Below are positions 1-10,722 of a stretch of DNA of 64,000 bases, piece after piece; within the stretch, counting starts at the first letter, position 1, and every line of letters begins with the position of its first letter. This stretch comes from Candidatus Omnitrophota bacterium. Lineage in GTDB: Bacteria; Omnitrophota; Gorgyraeia; Gygaellales; Profunditerraquicolaceae. Below the pieces are notes generated by a model. It was not told where the DNA came from. It saw nothing but the letters and a program-made list of their open reading frames with translations, and made no database searches. The stretch covers positions 71,903-135,902 of the forward strand of contig JAUSED010000003.1 of NCBI GenBank assembly GCA_030650425.1, given 5' to 3'. The position numbers and the translations under genes were made by a program.

Positions 1-954
1 ACGCTTACTATTGACGATGTAATCAAGGCAGCGGAAGAAATAACCACCATTAAACAGCGGGAGTTTCTTAAGAACAATTTAGATGTTGATTTCGCGCTGT
101 ATATGGAAGAAGTAGGCTTGAGATTCCGTGTGAGCATCTTTATGCAGAGGAACTGGCCTTCCATCGCCATAAGAAGAGTGAACAATACCGCCCAGACATT
201 CGAGGAATTGAATTTACCGGCGCCTTTCCTTAAAAAGCTCTCTATGGAGAGAGGAGGGTTGGTTTTGTTGACCGGCAGTATGGGGAGCGGCAAATCCACA
301 ACCATCGCCAGCATGCTCGACTATATTAATAAAAACGCCAGGAAACATATCCTGACCATTGAAGAGCCCATAGAATTTACTTTGAAGGATCAACAATCGC
401 TGGTGAATCAGAGGGAAATTGGCATAGACGTTACCTCATATCCGGCAGCTTTACGCGCCTTTACTTTACAGAGCCCGGACGTTTTATTTATCAGTAACAT
501 CCGTGATACCGAGACGATGAGCAGCTGCCTTAACGCGGCTGAGACCGGGGTATTGGTCTTAAGCACCCTGCATACGATTAATGCCGCGCAGACCGTTGAA
601 CGGATCATTAATTTCTTTCCTCCGTATCAGCATCAGGAGGTAAGAAATCAGCTCTCTTCTTTATTAAAAGGCGTAATCTCCTTGCGCCTTCTTCCGCTCA
701 AAGATGGGAAAGGCAGGGTTCCCGCTTATGAGGCTATGCTGCTTACGCCGACGATCAGCCGCTTGATCCGCGAAGGAAAAATCTGGGAGATACCGCAATT
801 TATCGAAGACGGCGGAATCTTTGGGATGCAGTCTTTTACCCAATCTCTGGTGAAATTAGTCAGGGAAGGCAAGATCAACGAAGAAGAGGCCATTGATTTT
901 GCCGACAGTAAAGACGAATTTATTTTAAGTTTACGAGGAATAAGAAAGAGTTAA
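1..954 (+). CDS. pilT: Type IV pilus retraction ATPase PilT (5' partial; frame is open from base 1)
   Basis: Walker A 'GSMGSGKSTT' and PilT-like ATPase motifs; no stop in frame 1 upstream of the ATG at 103. Confidence 0.85.
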   Translation, partial: TLTIDDVIKAAEEITTIKQREFLKNNLDVDFALYMEEVGLRFRVSIFMQRNWPSIAIRRVNNTAQTFEELNLPAPFLKKLSMERGGLVLLTGSMGSGKSTTIASMLDYINKNARKHILTIEEPIEFTLKDQQSLVNQREIGIDVTSYPAALRAFTLQSPDVLFISNIRDTETMSSCLNAAETGVLVLSTLHTINAAQTVERIINFFPPYQHQEVRNQLSSLLKGVISLRLLPLKDGKGRVPAYEAMLLTPTISRLIREGKIWEIPQFIEDGGIFGMQSFTQSLVKLVREGKINEEEAIDFADSKDEFILSLRGIRKS

Positions 955-965
955 GGAGAAATTGA

Positions 966-2070
966 ATGTTAGACGAGATAAAATCCAAACTTAGCCGTAT
1001 CCAGATTAGCCTGGAGCAACTAAGAGGTTATCTTTGACATCGATATCAAAAGCAAGCTTATCGTTGATTTATCCGCCAAGATGTCCGAGCCCGGATTTTG
1101 GGATGATAGCGGCGATTCTACGAAAATAGTCCGGCAGCTCAAAATTCTTAAGAATACGGTTGAGCCATGGGGACTGGCCTCTAAGAAATACCAGGAGTTA
1201 CAGGAGCTTTCCGATATCGTTAGCCCCCAAGATAATGAATTAGCTTTAGATTTAAGCAAGAATGCCGATTCCCTCTTAAAGGAACTAGAGGCCTTAGAGT
1301 TTAAGACTCTTTTATCCGGAGAATTCGATCCCAACAACGCGATTCTTAGTATTAATGCCGGAGCCGGCGGAACCGAATCCTGTGATTGGGCCCAGATGCT
1401 TTTTAGGATGTACAGCCGTTTTGCGGAACACCGCGGGTGGAAAGTAAAGGCCATTGATCTGCTTTATGGTGAAGAGGCAGGGATAAAGAATGTTACAGTT
1501 TTAGTCGAAGGCGATTATGCCTATGGTTATTTGAAGGAAGAAAGGGGGGTGCATCGGTTGGTGCGCATATCTCCTTTTGACGCGAATTCGCGCAGGCATA
1601 CCTCTTTTGCCTCAGTAGATGTTATTCCGGAAGTCGAGGAAGATATAGATGTAAAGTTGGAAGAAAAAGATTTACGTATCGATGTCTACCGTTCCAAAGG
1701 CGCCGGAGGCCAGAGCGTAAACACTACGGATTCCGCGGTGCGCATTACGCACCTACCTACGGGCTTAGTCGCGCAATGCCAGAATGAGCGTTCGCAGCAT
1801 CAGAATAAACAGACGGCCTTAAAGATTTTAAAGGCGCGCGTCTATGAACTCCAGAGGCAGAAGCAGGAGGAAGAGATGCTTAAAAACTATGCCGCTTCGA
1901 AAAAGAAGATAGAATTCGGCAGTCAGATTCGTTCTTACGTTATGCATCCTTACAGCATGGTTAAAGACCACCGGACGGATTACCAGACCGGCGATGCGGC
2001 TAAGGTAATGGACGGAGGCCTGGATGAATTTATCGAGGCACACCTGAAACTCGCGAGAAAAGGAAAATAA
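966..2070 (+). CDS. prfB: Peptide chain release factor 2 with programmed +1 frameshift (ORF0 966-1037 ends 'CTT TGA C', continues in +1 frame from 1036)
   Basis: MLDEIKSKLSRIQISLEQLRGYL then TGA; internal SD 'aagaggt' upstream; +1 frame carries the GGQ motif 'KGAGGQSVNTTDSAVRITHLPTG'. Confidence 0.9.
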
Positions 2071-5018
2071 TGTTTAGTTTCATCAAGAAATCAATCTTAA
2101 ACAGCCAGCAAAGCCGGATTAGGCGTAAGGCGCCCGGGGTAAATATATCTTTACATCCGGATATGCCCCAGCCATCGATGAAGAAGATGGCCGAGGTTGC
2201 CGAACTCGTCTATGCGGTTAATGCATTAGAACCTAAGATAAACGTTTTGTCAGACGAGCAGTTAAGGGCCAGGACGCCGGAGTTTAAAGAAGCTATCCTG
2301 CGCAAGGCTAAAACTTATGAGCAGGATTTCTTAGTTTTGGAAGAAGCAATGCTATCGGTGGCCATCCCTGAGGAAAAAGAGAAACTTAAAGAAAAACTAA
2401 AATTCGCGCGCAACAGGGTCTTTGAAGATATCTTACCCGAGGCATTTGCCGTGGTCAGAGAAGCGGCAAAAAGAACCATCGGCCTGCGCCATTTTGATTC
2501 CCAGATTGCCGGCGGAATTATTTTACACGAAGGCAGGATCGCGGAGATGTCCACCGGCGAAGGAAAGACGCTGGTAGCGACTTTACCGGCGTATCTCAAC
2601 GCCCTTTTTGGCCGCGGAGTGCATATCGTTACGGTAAATGATTACCTTGCCCGGCGCGACTCAGAATGGATGGGCCCGGTCTATGAATTCCTTGGCCTAT
2701 CCGTGGGAGTGGTCCAGCACGAAATGTCCGACGAAGAAAGAAAGGCGGCTTATTCCCGCGATATTACCTATGGAACGAATAATGAATTCGGTTTTGATTA
2801 TCTGCGCGATAATATGAAGTATTCTTTGGAAGACCTGGTGCAGAGGCCTTTTTATTACGCGATTGTCGATGAAGTAGATTCAATCCTCGTTGATGAGGCG
2901 CGCACCCCGTTGATTATTAGCGGCGCGGCTGAGGAGTCCACCGGAAAATATTTTACCGCCAAGAATATCGCCGACCAATTAAAAGGAAAGCGCGTTACTG
3001 AAAAAGATGAGATAGACGCAAAATATAAAGGCATAGATTTGGGTAAGGGTTTTGATTATGTGGCGGATGAAAAGGCCCAGACTATCGCGCTTACCGATAA
3101 CGGAGAAACTAAGGCCGCCGCTCTCTGGGGAGTGGAAAGCCTGCATAATATCGAAACCATAGAATACAGGCATCATACGATCGCGGCGCTGCGGGCCAAG
3201 GAATTTTATGACCGGGATGTGGATTATGTAATTAAGGACGGCGAGGTGATTATCGTCGATGAATTTACCGGCCGGATGATGCCGGGAAGGCGCTGGTCAG
3301 ACGGCCTGCATCAGGCAGTGGAGGCGAAAGAAGGGATGAAGATCGAGCGCGAAAACCAGACCCTGGCTACGGTCACCTTCCAGAATTATTTTCGGATGTA
3401 TGAAAAATTGGCCGGGATGACCGGAACCGCCTTTACCGAGGCCAATGAATTCAAAAATATCTATCAGCTGGATGTTGTGGTGATCCCGACCAATAAACCT
3501 TTAATCCGTACGAATTACGCTGACCGGATTTATAAGACCGAAAAAGAAAAATTTGACGCGGTGGTGGAAGAGATTGTTGAGCTTTATAACGCGGGCACGC
3601 CGGTTTTGGTGGGAACGATCTCGATCGATAAATCCGAGCGCCTCTCGGAAGTACTCAAGCGCCGCGGTATAGCGCATCAAGTGCTTAATGCCAAATACCA
3701 TGAGCTGGAAGCGCAGATTGTCGCCCAGGCCGGCAGGTATAAAGCGGTGACGATTGCTACGAATATGGCTGGCCGCGGAACAGATATTCTATTAGGCGGT
3801 AACCCGGAATTTATGGCTAAAAATGTAGCCAAGCAGAAACTTAAATCCGACGATCCGCATTATCATGATGAATATAAAAAACTTATCGATAGATATAAGC
3901 AGGAGACGGATAGCGAACATAATAAAGTAGTTGAGGTTGGCGGTTTGCATGTCTTAGGGACTGAGCGGCACGAGGCGCGCAGGATTGATAACCAGTTGCG
4001 CGGCCGTTCAGGGAGGCAGGGAGATCCCGGTTCATCCAGATTTTATGTTTCTTTGTCTGATGATCTGATGCGGCTTTTCGGCTCTGACAGGTTGGTCGGA
4101 ATTATGGATAAATTAGGCTTGGAGGAAGGGCAGGTGATCGAGCACCCCTGGGTAAGCCGTTCGATTGAAATCGCCCAACGCCGGGTTGAACAGCATAATT
4201 TTGAAATAAGAAAGCAGCTTTTGGAATATGACAATGTAATGAATAAACAGAGGGAGATTATCTACGGCCAGCGCCATCAGATCTTGCAGGGTATTTCTTT
4301 AAAAGAGAGAGTGCTGGAGATTGTCGAAGGGATTATTGATAATATTATAAGTTTGCATTTTCCTGAACATTCCTCCGGAAACGAGCCGGATATAGAAGGA
4401 TTCATTCTGGCGCTAAAATCAAAATTCGGCCTGGATTTTGGCCCGGATGCAATCGATAAAATTCTCAAAACCAATTTGCAACAGGAATTATCCAACAGGC
4501 TTACCCAGTTTTATGAGAATAAAGAGAAGAATATTGGAACGGATTTAATGCGTCATTTGGAGCGGATGGTTTTTCTGCAGATTATTGATGCCAAGTGGAA
4601 AGACCATCTATACGCGATGGATAGCCTGCGCGAGGGAATAGGCCTGCGCGCCTATGGCCAGCGCGATCCCTTGGTGGAATATAAACGCGAGGCTTTTGGA
4701 ATGTTCAGCCAAATGGTCGCCTCCATCGAAGAAGAATCAGTAGATGCTATTTTTAAATTAGAGGCCAGAGGGCCGGAAAGGTTTAGCGGGGTATTTAGCT
4801 CTGTGCATCAGGAATTAGTGCACCCGGAGATTACGAAATTAGAACGCGCGCCTCAAGAGACTGGCCCGGAAGATTTTTCTAGTGTAGAAAACACTCCTGC
4901 GGTCAAGACCGTAAAATTATCCCATCCTAAAGTTGGACGCAACGATCCTTGCCCGTGCGGAGCAAAAGATCCTGTAACAGGCCATCCGATTAAATACAAA
5001 AAGTGCTGCGGTAAATGA
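2070..5018 (+). CDS. secA: Preprotein translocase ATPase SecA (N-terminal ~30 aa insertion; C-terminal Zn-binding CPCGAK...KKCCGK)
   Basis: DEAD-like motor motifs 'MSTGEGKTLVATLPAYLNAL', 'VTVNDYLARRD', 'TNMAGRGTDI'; ATAATG overlap with the prfB stop. Confidence 0.95.
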   Translation: MFSFIKKSILNSQQSRIRRKAPGVNISLHPDMPQPSMKKMAEVAELVYAVNALEPKINVLSDEQLRARTPEFKEAILRKAKTYEQDFLVLEEAMLSVAIPEEKEKLKEKLKFARNRVFEDILPEAFAVVREAAKRTIGLRHFDSQIAGGIILHEGRIAEMSTGEGKTLVATLPAYLNALFGRGVHIVTVNDYLARRDSEWMGPVYEFLGLSVGVVQHEMSDEERKAAYSRDITYGTNNEFGFDYLRDNMKYSLEDLVQRPFYYAIVDEVDSILVDEARTPLIISGAAEESTGKYFTAKNIADQLKGKRVTEKDEIDAKYKGIDLGKGFDYVADEKAQTIALTDNGETKAAALWGVESLHNIETIEYRHHTIAALRAKEFYDRDVDYVIKDGEVIIVDEFTGRMMPGRRWSDGLHQAVEAKEGMKIERENQTLATVTFQNYFRMYEKLAGMTGTAFTEANEFKNIYQLDVVVIPTNKPLIRTNYADRIYKTEKEKFDAVVEEIVELYNAGTPVLVGTISIDKSERLSEVLKRRGIAHQVLNAKYHELEAQIVAQAGRYKAVTIATNMAGRGTDILLGGNPEFMAKNVAKQKLKSDDPHYHDEYKKLIDRYKQETDSEHNKVVEVGGLHVLGTERHEARRIDNQLRGRSGRQGDPGSSRFYVSLSDDLMRLFGSDRLVGIMDKLGLEEGQVIEHPWVSRSIEIAQRRVEQHNFEIRKQLLEYDNVMNKQREIIYGQRHQILQGISLKERVLEIVEGIIDNIISLHFPEHSSGNEPDIEGFILALKSKFGLDFGPDAIDKILKTNLQQELSNRLTQFYENKEKNIGTDLMRHLERMVFLQIIDAKWKDHLYAMDSLREGIGLRAYGQRDPLVEYKREAFGMFSQMVASIEEESVDAIFKLEARGPERFSGVFSSVHQELVHPEITKLERAPQETGPEDFSSVENTPAVKTVKLSHPKVGRNDPCPCGAKDPVTGHPIKYKKCCGK

Positions 5019-6523
5019 AAAAGCAATTGATTATTGAACTAGCCTTAGCTTTGTTTTGCGGGATTCTATTGGCGGTATCATTTTCTTTTAGCCAATGCTG
5101 GATACTCGCCTGGTTTGCTTTTGTGCCGTTATTTCTGGCGCTAGATAAGCAAAACGCCAAGAAGGCTTTTTTACTCTCCTATTTATCCGGGTTAGCATTC
5201 TGGACAGGAACATTATACTGGTTGATCCATGTAACTCTCTTGGGTCAGATTCTTCTGATCTTTTATCTTGCTTTGTATTTAGGTATTTTTGGGTTTTTAC
5301 TTTCATTTATCTTTCACCATAGGCCTTCCAGCTTGCTGTTTTTTGCTCCTTCTTTATGGGTACTCTTGGAATATCTACGCAGCCATCTTCTAACTGGTTT
5401 CCCTTGGGCGCTGTTAGGTTATTCGCAATACGCGAATTTGCCGGTAATCCAAATTGCGGATATCGCCGGGGTCTGGCTGGTTTCTTTTCTGGTGATGATG
5501 GTAAATGTAGTAATTTATGTTATTGCGAGAAAGCGGCTCCAAAAACGGGATTGCTTCGCTTCGCTCGCAATGACACTGATTGTATTGCTTATTGTTTTAA
5601 CCTACGGTTATTATAAACTCTACCTAAAACCTAAAACCAAAAACCCAGCACCGATTAAGATTGCCGTAATCCAAGGAAATATCCCTCAGGAATTAAAATG
5701 GGATGCGGGGTCGAGGGAATTCGTGATGGAGAGATATTTCAAATTAACCAGCGAGGCGGTAAAAGATGGCCCGGATTTAATTATCTGGCCGGAAGCCTCT
5801 CTTCCGGTTGTCCTCGAAGACGAACCTGTTTATTATGAAAGGCTTTTGCGTTATACACAAACAATGGTAAGGCCTTTACTTTTTGGCGCAGTCACCACCA
5901 GAAATAGTTTTTATTATAATAGTGCGCTACTTTTATCCAAAGAAGGAAAGCTGCAAGAGAGGTATGATAAAGTACATCTTGTGCCTTTCGGTGAATTTAT
6001 CCCTTTGCGCAAGGTTTTTCCTTTCCTAGAAACAATCGCTCCTATTGGCGATATCGCCCCGGGTAAGGATTATACCTTGTTTAATATTCAAGATGAGGGG
6101 ACAGTAGTCCGGCATCAATTCGGCGTATTGATTTGTTTTGAGGATGTCTTTCCGGAACTCTCCCGTAGGTTTGTGAACAAGGGGGCGGATTTTCTGATTA
6201 ATATCACCAATGATGCATGGTTTGGCAGGACCCCGGAAGCTTACCAGCATTTGGCTGCTTCGGTATTCAGGGCGGTAGAGAATAGGGTGAACGTCGTGCG
6301 TTCAGCTAATACCGGTGTATCCGCTTTCATTAATCCGCAAGGCAGGATTTTGTCTTTTGTCAACGATGCAGCGGGGAATGCGATTTTTATTCCGGGCTAT
6401 CAAACTCAGGATATATCGCCGCATATCCAGCCCACTTTCTACGGCCGTTATGGAGATTTTTTGGTTGTTGGATGTTGTATGTTGATAATACTCGTTTTGA
6501 TAATCAGAAAACTTAGGGGATAG
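5015..6523 (+). CDS. lnt: Apolipoprotein N-acyltransferase
   Basis: N-terminal multi-TM region plus C-terminal CN-hydrolase domain (catalytic Cys context 'GVLICFEDVFPE'); ATGA overlap with the secA stop. Confidence 0.85.
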   Translation: MKKQLIIELALALFCGILLAVSFSFSQCWILAWFAFVPLFLALDKQNAKKAFLLSYLSGLAFWTGTLYWLIHVTLLGQILLIFYLALYLGIFGFLLSFIFHHRPSSLLFFAPSLWVLLEYLRSHLLTGFPWALLGYSQYANLPVIQIADIAGVWLVSFLVMMVNVVIYVIARKRLQKRDCFASLAMTLIVLLIVLTYGYYKLYLKPKTKNPAPIKIAVIQGNIPQELKWDAGSREFVMERYFKLTSEAVKDGPDLIIWPEASLPVVLEDEPVYYERLLRYTQTMVRPLLFGAVTTRNSFYYNSALLLSKEGKLQERYDKVHLVPFGEFIPLRKVFPFLETIAPIGDIAPGKDYTLFNIQDEGTVVRHQFGVLICFEDVFPELSRRFVNKGADFLINITNDAWFGRTPEAYQHLAASVFRAVENRVNVVRSANTGVSAFINPQGRILSFVNDAAGNAIFIPGYQTQDISPHIQPTFYGRYGDFLVVGCCMLIILVLIIRKLRG

Positions 6524-6526
6524 AAA

Positions 6527-6664
6527 ATTCAGGAAAATTCAGGGGACACTTTTCAACCTCTGCAGAAAGGGACACTTTCCGTCAGGGCTCTAACTAGAAC
6601 TTCAAAAGGAAAATGTCCCTTTCTGACGCAAAGGAAAGTGTCCCCTGGACCGTCCCCTGGACGG
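6527..6664. repeat. Nested-palindrome intergenic repeat element, copy A (inverted relative to copies B and C)
   Basis: Contains a 41-bp core 'gggacactttccgtcagggctctaactagaacttcaaaagga' identical to the reverse complement of copies B/C, plus GGGGACACTTTYC 13-mer modules in both orientations. Confidence 0.65.
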
Positions 6665-6675
6665 GTAGGATAAAT

Positions 6676-7818
6676 ATGTTCAACATTATTTTATTAGGCA
6701 TCACCAGTTTATTAACGGATATCTCCAGCGAAATGGTCTATCCTATCCTGCCGGTTTATCTGGTTAGCGTGCTTGGGGCCAGCCCGGCTATCTTGGGTTT
6801 AATTGAAGGTATTGCTGAAAGTCTGGCCAGCCTGCTTAAGGTTTTTTCCGGATATTTCTCGGATAAGGTCAAATTAAGGAAGCCGTTTGCGATATTCGGT
6901 TACGCGGCTTCAACCTTAGGAAAGTTTTTGCTCTTTATCTCTACGGGCTGGGGCTATGTTTTATTGGCCAGGGTAGTTGATCGTTTCGGAAAAGGGGTGC
7001 GCGTTGCTCCGCGCGATGCCCTTATCGCGGAGAGCAGCCCTGAGGGAAAAAGAGGAGCGGCCTTTGGTTTACACCGGGCAATGGATACCGCGGGAGCGGC
7101 CATCGGAGTTTTGTGCGCCTATTTTCTGATTACCCGTTACAAGGGCGAGTTTAAAAATATTTTTCTCCTTTCGCTGATACCGGCAGCCTTAGCCGTATTC
7201 ATCCTTTTTTTAGTCAAAGAAAAAAAGACCCGGCCGAAACAAGCGGCCGAAAAGATCAAATTTAAGTGGAAGGCGCTGGATAAAAGATTAAAACTCTTTT
7301 TTATCTTCACATTTATATTTACCCTGGGTAATTCTTCTAATCAATTTTTGCTTTTACGCGCCCAAAATTTGGGTAATCCCTTACCCACAGTTATTTTGCT
7401 ATATCTTGTTTATAATTTAAGCTACGCCCTTGTCGCCTATCCGGCTTCGCGCCTTTCAGATAAAATAGGGAGGAAGAAACTGCTGGTTTTGGGTTATCTA
7501 TTCTACGGCTTGGTTTATCTGGGTTTTGCCGTAAATAAATCCCCGCATAACTTCTGGTTTTTATTCGCCATTTACGGTTTGTATATCGGTTTTACCGAGG
7601 GCGTGGAAAAGGCGCTGGTGAGCGATATCGCGCCGCCGGAGCTGCGCGCCACAGCTATCGGCTTGCATGCTACGTTAATAGGCATCGGTTTATTCCCGGC
7701 GTCTTTATTGGCAGGCCTGCTTTGGAAGTTTATCGGCCCGCAAGCGGCATTTTATTTCGGCAGCCTGATGGGGTTAGCGGCGAGTATCGGTTTTTGGCGG
7801 GTTTTGAAAGGACTCTAA
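6676..7818 (+). CDS. MFS transporter
   Basis: 12-TM-like hydrophobic profile; 'DRFGKG' MFS loop motif; start moved to the ATG at 6676 (SD 'agga') because the ORF-track start lies inside the repeat. Confidence 0.75.
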   Translation: MFNIILLGITSLLTDISSEMVYPILPVYLVSVLGASPAILGLIEGIAESLASLLKVFSGYFSDKVKLRKPFAIFGYAASTLGKFLLFISTGWGYVLLARVVDRFGKGVRVAPRDALIAESSPEGKRGAAFGLHRAMDTAGAAIGVLCAYFLITRYKGEFKNIFLLSLIPAALAVFILFLVKEKKTRPKQAAEKIKFKWKALDKRLKLFFIFTFIFTLGNSSNQFLLLRAQNLGNPLPTVILLYLVYNLSYALVAYPASRLSDKIGRKKLLVLGYLFYGLVYLGFAVNKSPHNFWFLFAIYGLYIGFTEGVEKALVSDIAPPELRATAIGLHATLIGIGLFPASLLAGLLWKFIGPQAAFYFGSLMGLAASIGFWRVLKGL

Positions 7819-7838
7819 AATTTGAAAGGATTATAAAT

Positions 7839-9230
7839 ATGTTAAGAAAAAAAATTATTCTGACACTCTTGGTTATCTACCTTACAGCTGGGAGAGGTTT
7901 GGCTTGGGCGCAGGAGATGGGTAAAATCGAGGCCTTTACACAGTTAGATCGGGTGCTTATACTCGCTCCGCACCCGGATGACGAAAGTATCGCCTGCGCC
8001 GGCATAATTCAACAGGCAAAAAAAGCAGGCGCGGAAGTAAGGGTGCTTTATTTGACCAACGGCGATAATAATGAGTTTGCCTTTATTGTTTACGAGAAAA
8101 GGCTGACTTTTAAGAAAGGCGAATTTATTCATATGGGGCAGGTGCGCCGGCAGGAAGCCGTTAAGGCTATGAAATTGCTTGGAGTGGATGAAAACAAACT
8201 CGTATTTTTAGGTTATCCTGATTTTGGCACTTTCGCCATCTTTAGCAAATATTGGCAGAAAAATAAGCCGTTTAGAAGCATGCTTACGCGGGTAACCAGT
8301 GTACCTTATAAAAACGACTTGTCTTTCGGCGCCCCGTATATTGGAGAAAGCATTTTGAATGATCTGGATAAAATTATCCTTGATTACAAGCCGACAAAGA
8401 TTTTTGTTTCGCATCCGGCGGATTTAAACGTGGATCACCGGGCGCTCTATTTATTCCTACAAATATCTTTGCGGGGTTTAAGAAATAAAATACCCCAGCC
8501 GAAAGTCTATGCTTATTTGGTCCACACTAAAGGCTGGCCGAAACCCCGGCATTATCATCCTGAGTTGAAGCTAGAGCCGCCGAAGAGTTTCGCGGATTCT
8601 CAAATTAACTGGTCAAGGCTTGATTTAACTCCGGAAGCGCTGGAGCGCAAACACCAATCTATCCTTTGCTATAAGAGCCAGACACAATCAAGCGCTTTTT
8701 ATCTCTTGTCCTTTGCACGAGCTAATGAATTATTCGGGGATTATCCCGAAATTGAATTGAGCAGGCAGGTTTCTCTCAAGGAGCGCGCTCCCGCGTTCTT
8801 TGGTTTCTCTAAGATGTATGCCGGCTCAAGCGCCGAAGACGTTCCTGCCGATGATAACCTGATCGAAGGGGAAGGAGAGGTAGGCTATGCCATAGTGGAT
8901 AACTGCCTGCTTATCCGCGCGGCCAAAGATAAGGGATTGACCCGCAGGTTAAATTTAATACTTTATATTTTCGGATTTAGCGATAAAACTGATTTTGCCT
9001 CTATGCCTAAAATACGCGTGCTCACCCGCCGCGGAAAATTTAGAGTTTACGACGGAAAAAGAATGATTAATCCGGAGGGAACCCGTTTGAATTTAAGCCC
9101 GGACGGTTTAGTCTTACATATACCGCTGGCTATTCTGGGCAATCCTGATTTTATACTTACTTCGGTAAGGGCCTACGGAGGAAAACTTAGCCCGGCTGCC
9201 ACAGGTTTTCGCAGGATAGTCATTAAATAA
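7839..9230 (+). CDS. Secreted PIG-L/LmbE family deacetylase with C-terminal domain of unknown function
   Basis: Signal peptide 'MLRKKIILTLLVIYLTAGRGLAWA'; 'LAPHPDDESIACAG' zinc-deacetylase motif; start trimmed from 7722. Confidence 0.6.
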   Translation: MLRKKIILTLLVIYLTAGRGLAWAQEMGKIEAFTQLDRVLILAPHPDDESIACAGIIQQAKKAGAEVRVLYLTNGDNNEFAFIVYEKRLTFKKGEFIHMGQVRRQEAVKAMKLLGVDENKLVFLGYPDFGTFAIFSKYWQKNKPFRSMLTRVTSVPYKNDLSFGAPYIGESILNDLDKIILDYKPTKIFVSHPADLNVDHRALYLFLQISLRGLRNKIPQPKVYAYLVHTKGWPKPRHYHPELKLEPPKSFADSQINWSRLDLTPEALERKHQSILCYKSQTQSSAFYLLSFARANELFGDYPEIELSRQVSLKERAPAFFGFSKMYAGSSAEDVPADDNLIEGEGEVGYAIVDNCLLIRAAKDKGLTRRLNLILYIFGFSDKTDFASMPKIRVLTRRGKFRVYDGKRMINPEGTRLNLSPDGLVLHIPLAILGNPDFILTSVRAYGGKLSPAATGFRRIVIK

Positions 9231-9265
9231 ACGGTGAATGTGACAAGGTAAAAGGAGCGATTGCC

Positions 9266-9751
9266 ATGCTGGAACTAAAATTAATTGAAATAAAGAAACC
9301 GGAAGATGTCAATTTAATCTTGGGGCAGAGCCATTTTATTAAAACAGTAGAAGATATTTATGAGGTTTTGGTGAATAACGTCCCGGGTATAAAATTCGGT
9401 TTGGCTTTTGTTGAGTCAAGCGGCGCCTGTAAGGTCAGGGTTGAAGGGAACGATCCGGAGTTAAAAGAGCTTGCCGCGAAGAACAGCCTTGAAATAGGAG
9501 CAGGGCATTCCTTTATTATCCTTATGCGGAATGCCTTTCCGATCAATGTGCTTAACGGGATCAAGAATATTCCGGAAGTATGCAATATATACTGCGCAAC
9601 AGCCAATCCCTTAAAAGTTATTCTGGCTCAAACAGAAGATGGCTCCGGGATACTTGGGGTAATTGACGGCGCCAGTCCTAAGGGGATAGAGGATCAGGCG
9701 GATATGGCCTGGCGTAAAGATTTCTTGCGTAAAGTCGGATATAAGCTATAA
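9266..9751 (+). CDS. Conserved small protein, PF04008-like (adenosine-specific kinase family); tentative
   Basis: ~160 aa with conserved blocks 'GQSHFIKTVEDIYE', 'GAGHSFII', 'NAFPINVLN' recalled from that family; similarity judged from memory. Confidence 0.3.
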   Translation: MLELKLIEIKKPEDVNLILGQSHFIKTVEDIYEVLVNNVPGIKFGLAFVESSGACKVRVEGNDPELKELAAKNSLEIGAGHSFIILMRNAFPINVLNGIKNIPEVCNIYCATANPLKVILAQTEDGSGILGVIDGASPKGIEDQADMAWRKDFLRKVGYKL

Positions 9752-9802
9752 TCTTTCTTGCAAATTAAGGCCGCGTTGGTATAATTTATTCGAAAAGGAA
9801 GT

Positions 9803-10720
9803 ATGGATTTTAAAAAAATACGTAAAAGTGCCCTTCGGTTTCTCAGTTGGGTTGGCTTAACCGCGAGTTCTTTGATCATTAAGCTTATTCCGGCTTGTTT
9901 ACTCTATAAGTTTGCGGATATAGTGAGTTTCTTGGCCTATCGATTCGCCGTTAAACAAAGGCAGGTTGCTTTGGAAAGCTTGGCTATTGCTTTTGGCCAA
10001 GATAAAACTAAAGAGCAAATGGAGCGGATTGCCAGAGATTGCTTTATTTTTATGGCTAAATCAGCGGTAGAGTTGATGTTTCTTATGGACAAGCCGCTTA
10101 TCTTAAAAGAGCGCGTCAGCATAGAAGGCCGGGAAAACTTAGACCTTGCTTTAACCGGTGGATGCGGCGTAATTTTGGTCAGCGCGCACTTCGGTAATTT
10201 TCCGCTCCTGCTCGGAAGATTGGCGGTCGGGGGCTACAAGGCTGCCGGAATTATGAAACCGATGCATGATGCGCGGGTGGAAAAGATTTTTTTGGAAAAA
10301 CGCAATAAATTCGGGGTAAAGACCATCTATAGCCAACCGCGCGATGTGTGCGTGAATAATACGATACAGGCTTTACGCAACAATGAACTGGTTTTTATCC
10401 CTATCGATCAGAATTTTGGGAGTGGAGGGGTATTCGTTACTTTTTTTGGCAAAAAAGCAGCCACTGCCGCCGGCCCGATAATCTTGTCGCAGCGCACGCA
10501 TGCCGCGCTTTTACCCTGTTTTATTATCAGGCAGCCTGACGATACGCATAAGATTATTTTTGAACCGGCATTAAAATTAGAAGAAGGAGAAAATTCTCAA
10601 GATACAATTCTGATCAATACCCAGAAATTGACCAATATTATAGAGGCGTATATCCGTAAATACCCTGCGGAGTGGGGATGGATCCACCGCAGATGGAAGA
10701 GGCAACCTGAGGAGGTGTGA
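9803..10720 (+). CDS. Lipid A biosynthesis acyltransferase, LpxL/HtrB family
   Basis: N-terminal TM anchor; 'SAHFGNFP' HX4D-like acyltransferase motif; length ~300 aa. Confidence 0.6.
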   Translation: MDFKKIRKSALRFLSWVGLTASSLIIKLIPACLLYKFADIVSFLAYRFAVKQRQVALESLAIAFGQDKTKEQMERIARDCFIFMAKSAVELMFLMDKPLILKERVSIEGRENLDLALTGGCGVILVSAHFGNFPLLLGRLAVGGYKAAGIMKPMHDARVEKIFLEKRNKFGVKTIYSQPRDVCVNNTIQALRNNELVFIPIDQNFGSGGVFVTFFGKKAATAAGPIILSQRTHAALLPCFIIRQPDDTHKIIFEPALKLEEGENSQDTILINTQKLTNIIEAYIRKYPAEWGWIHRRWKRQPEEV

Positions 10721-10722
10721 CA

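Noticed and set aside
1020-1454. 144-aa minus-strand ORF opposite prfB
   Set aside because: It is antisense to a highly conserved RF2 coding region.
6613-6675. N-terminal extensions of ORF-track calls (6613, 7722, 11079, 11731, 20044, 33576, 47230, 34804)
   Set aside because: The upstream portions lie in repeats, in upstream genes or in operators. Internal ATGs with good SDs and signal peptides give more plausible starts.
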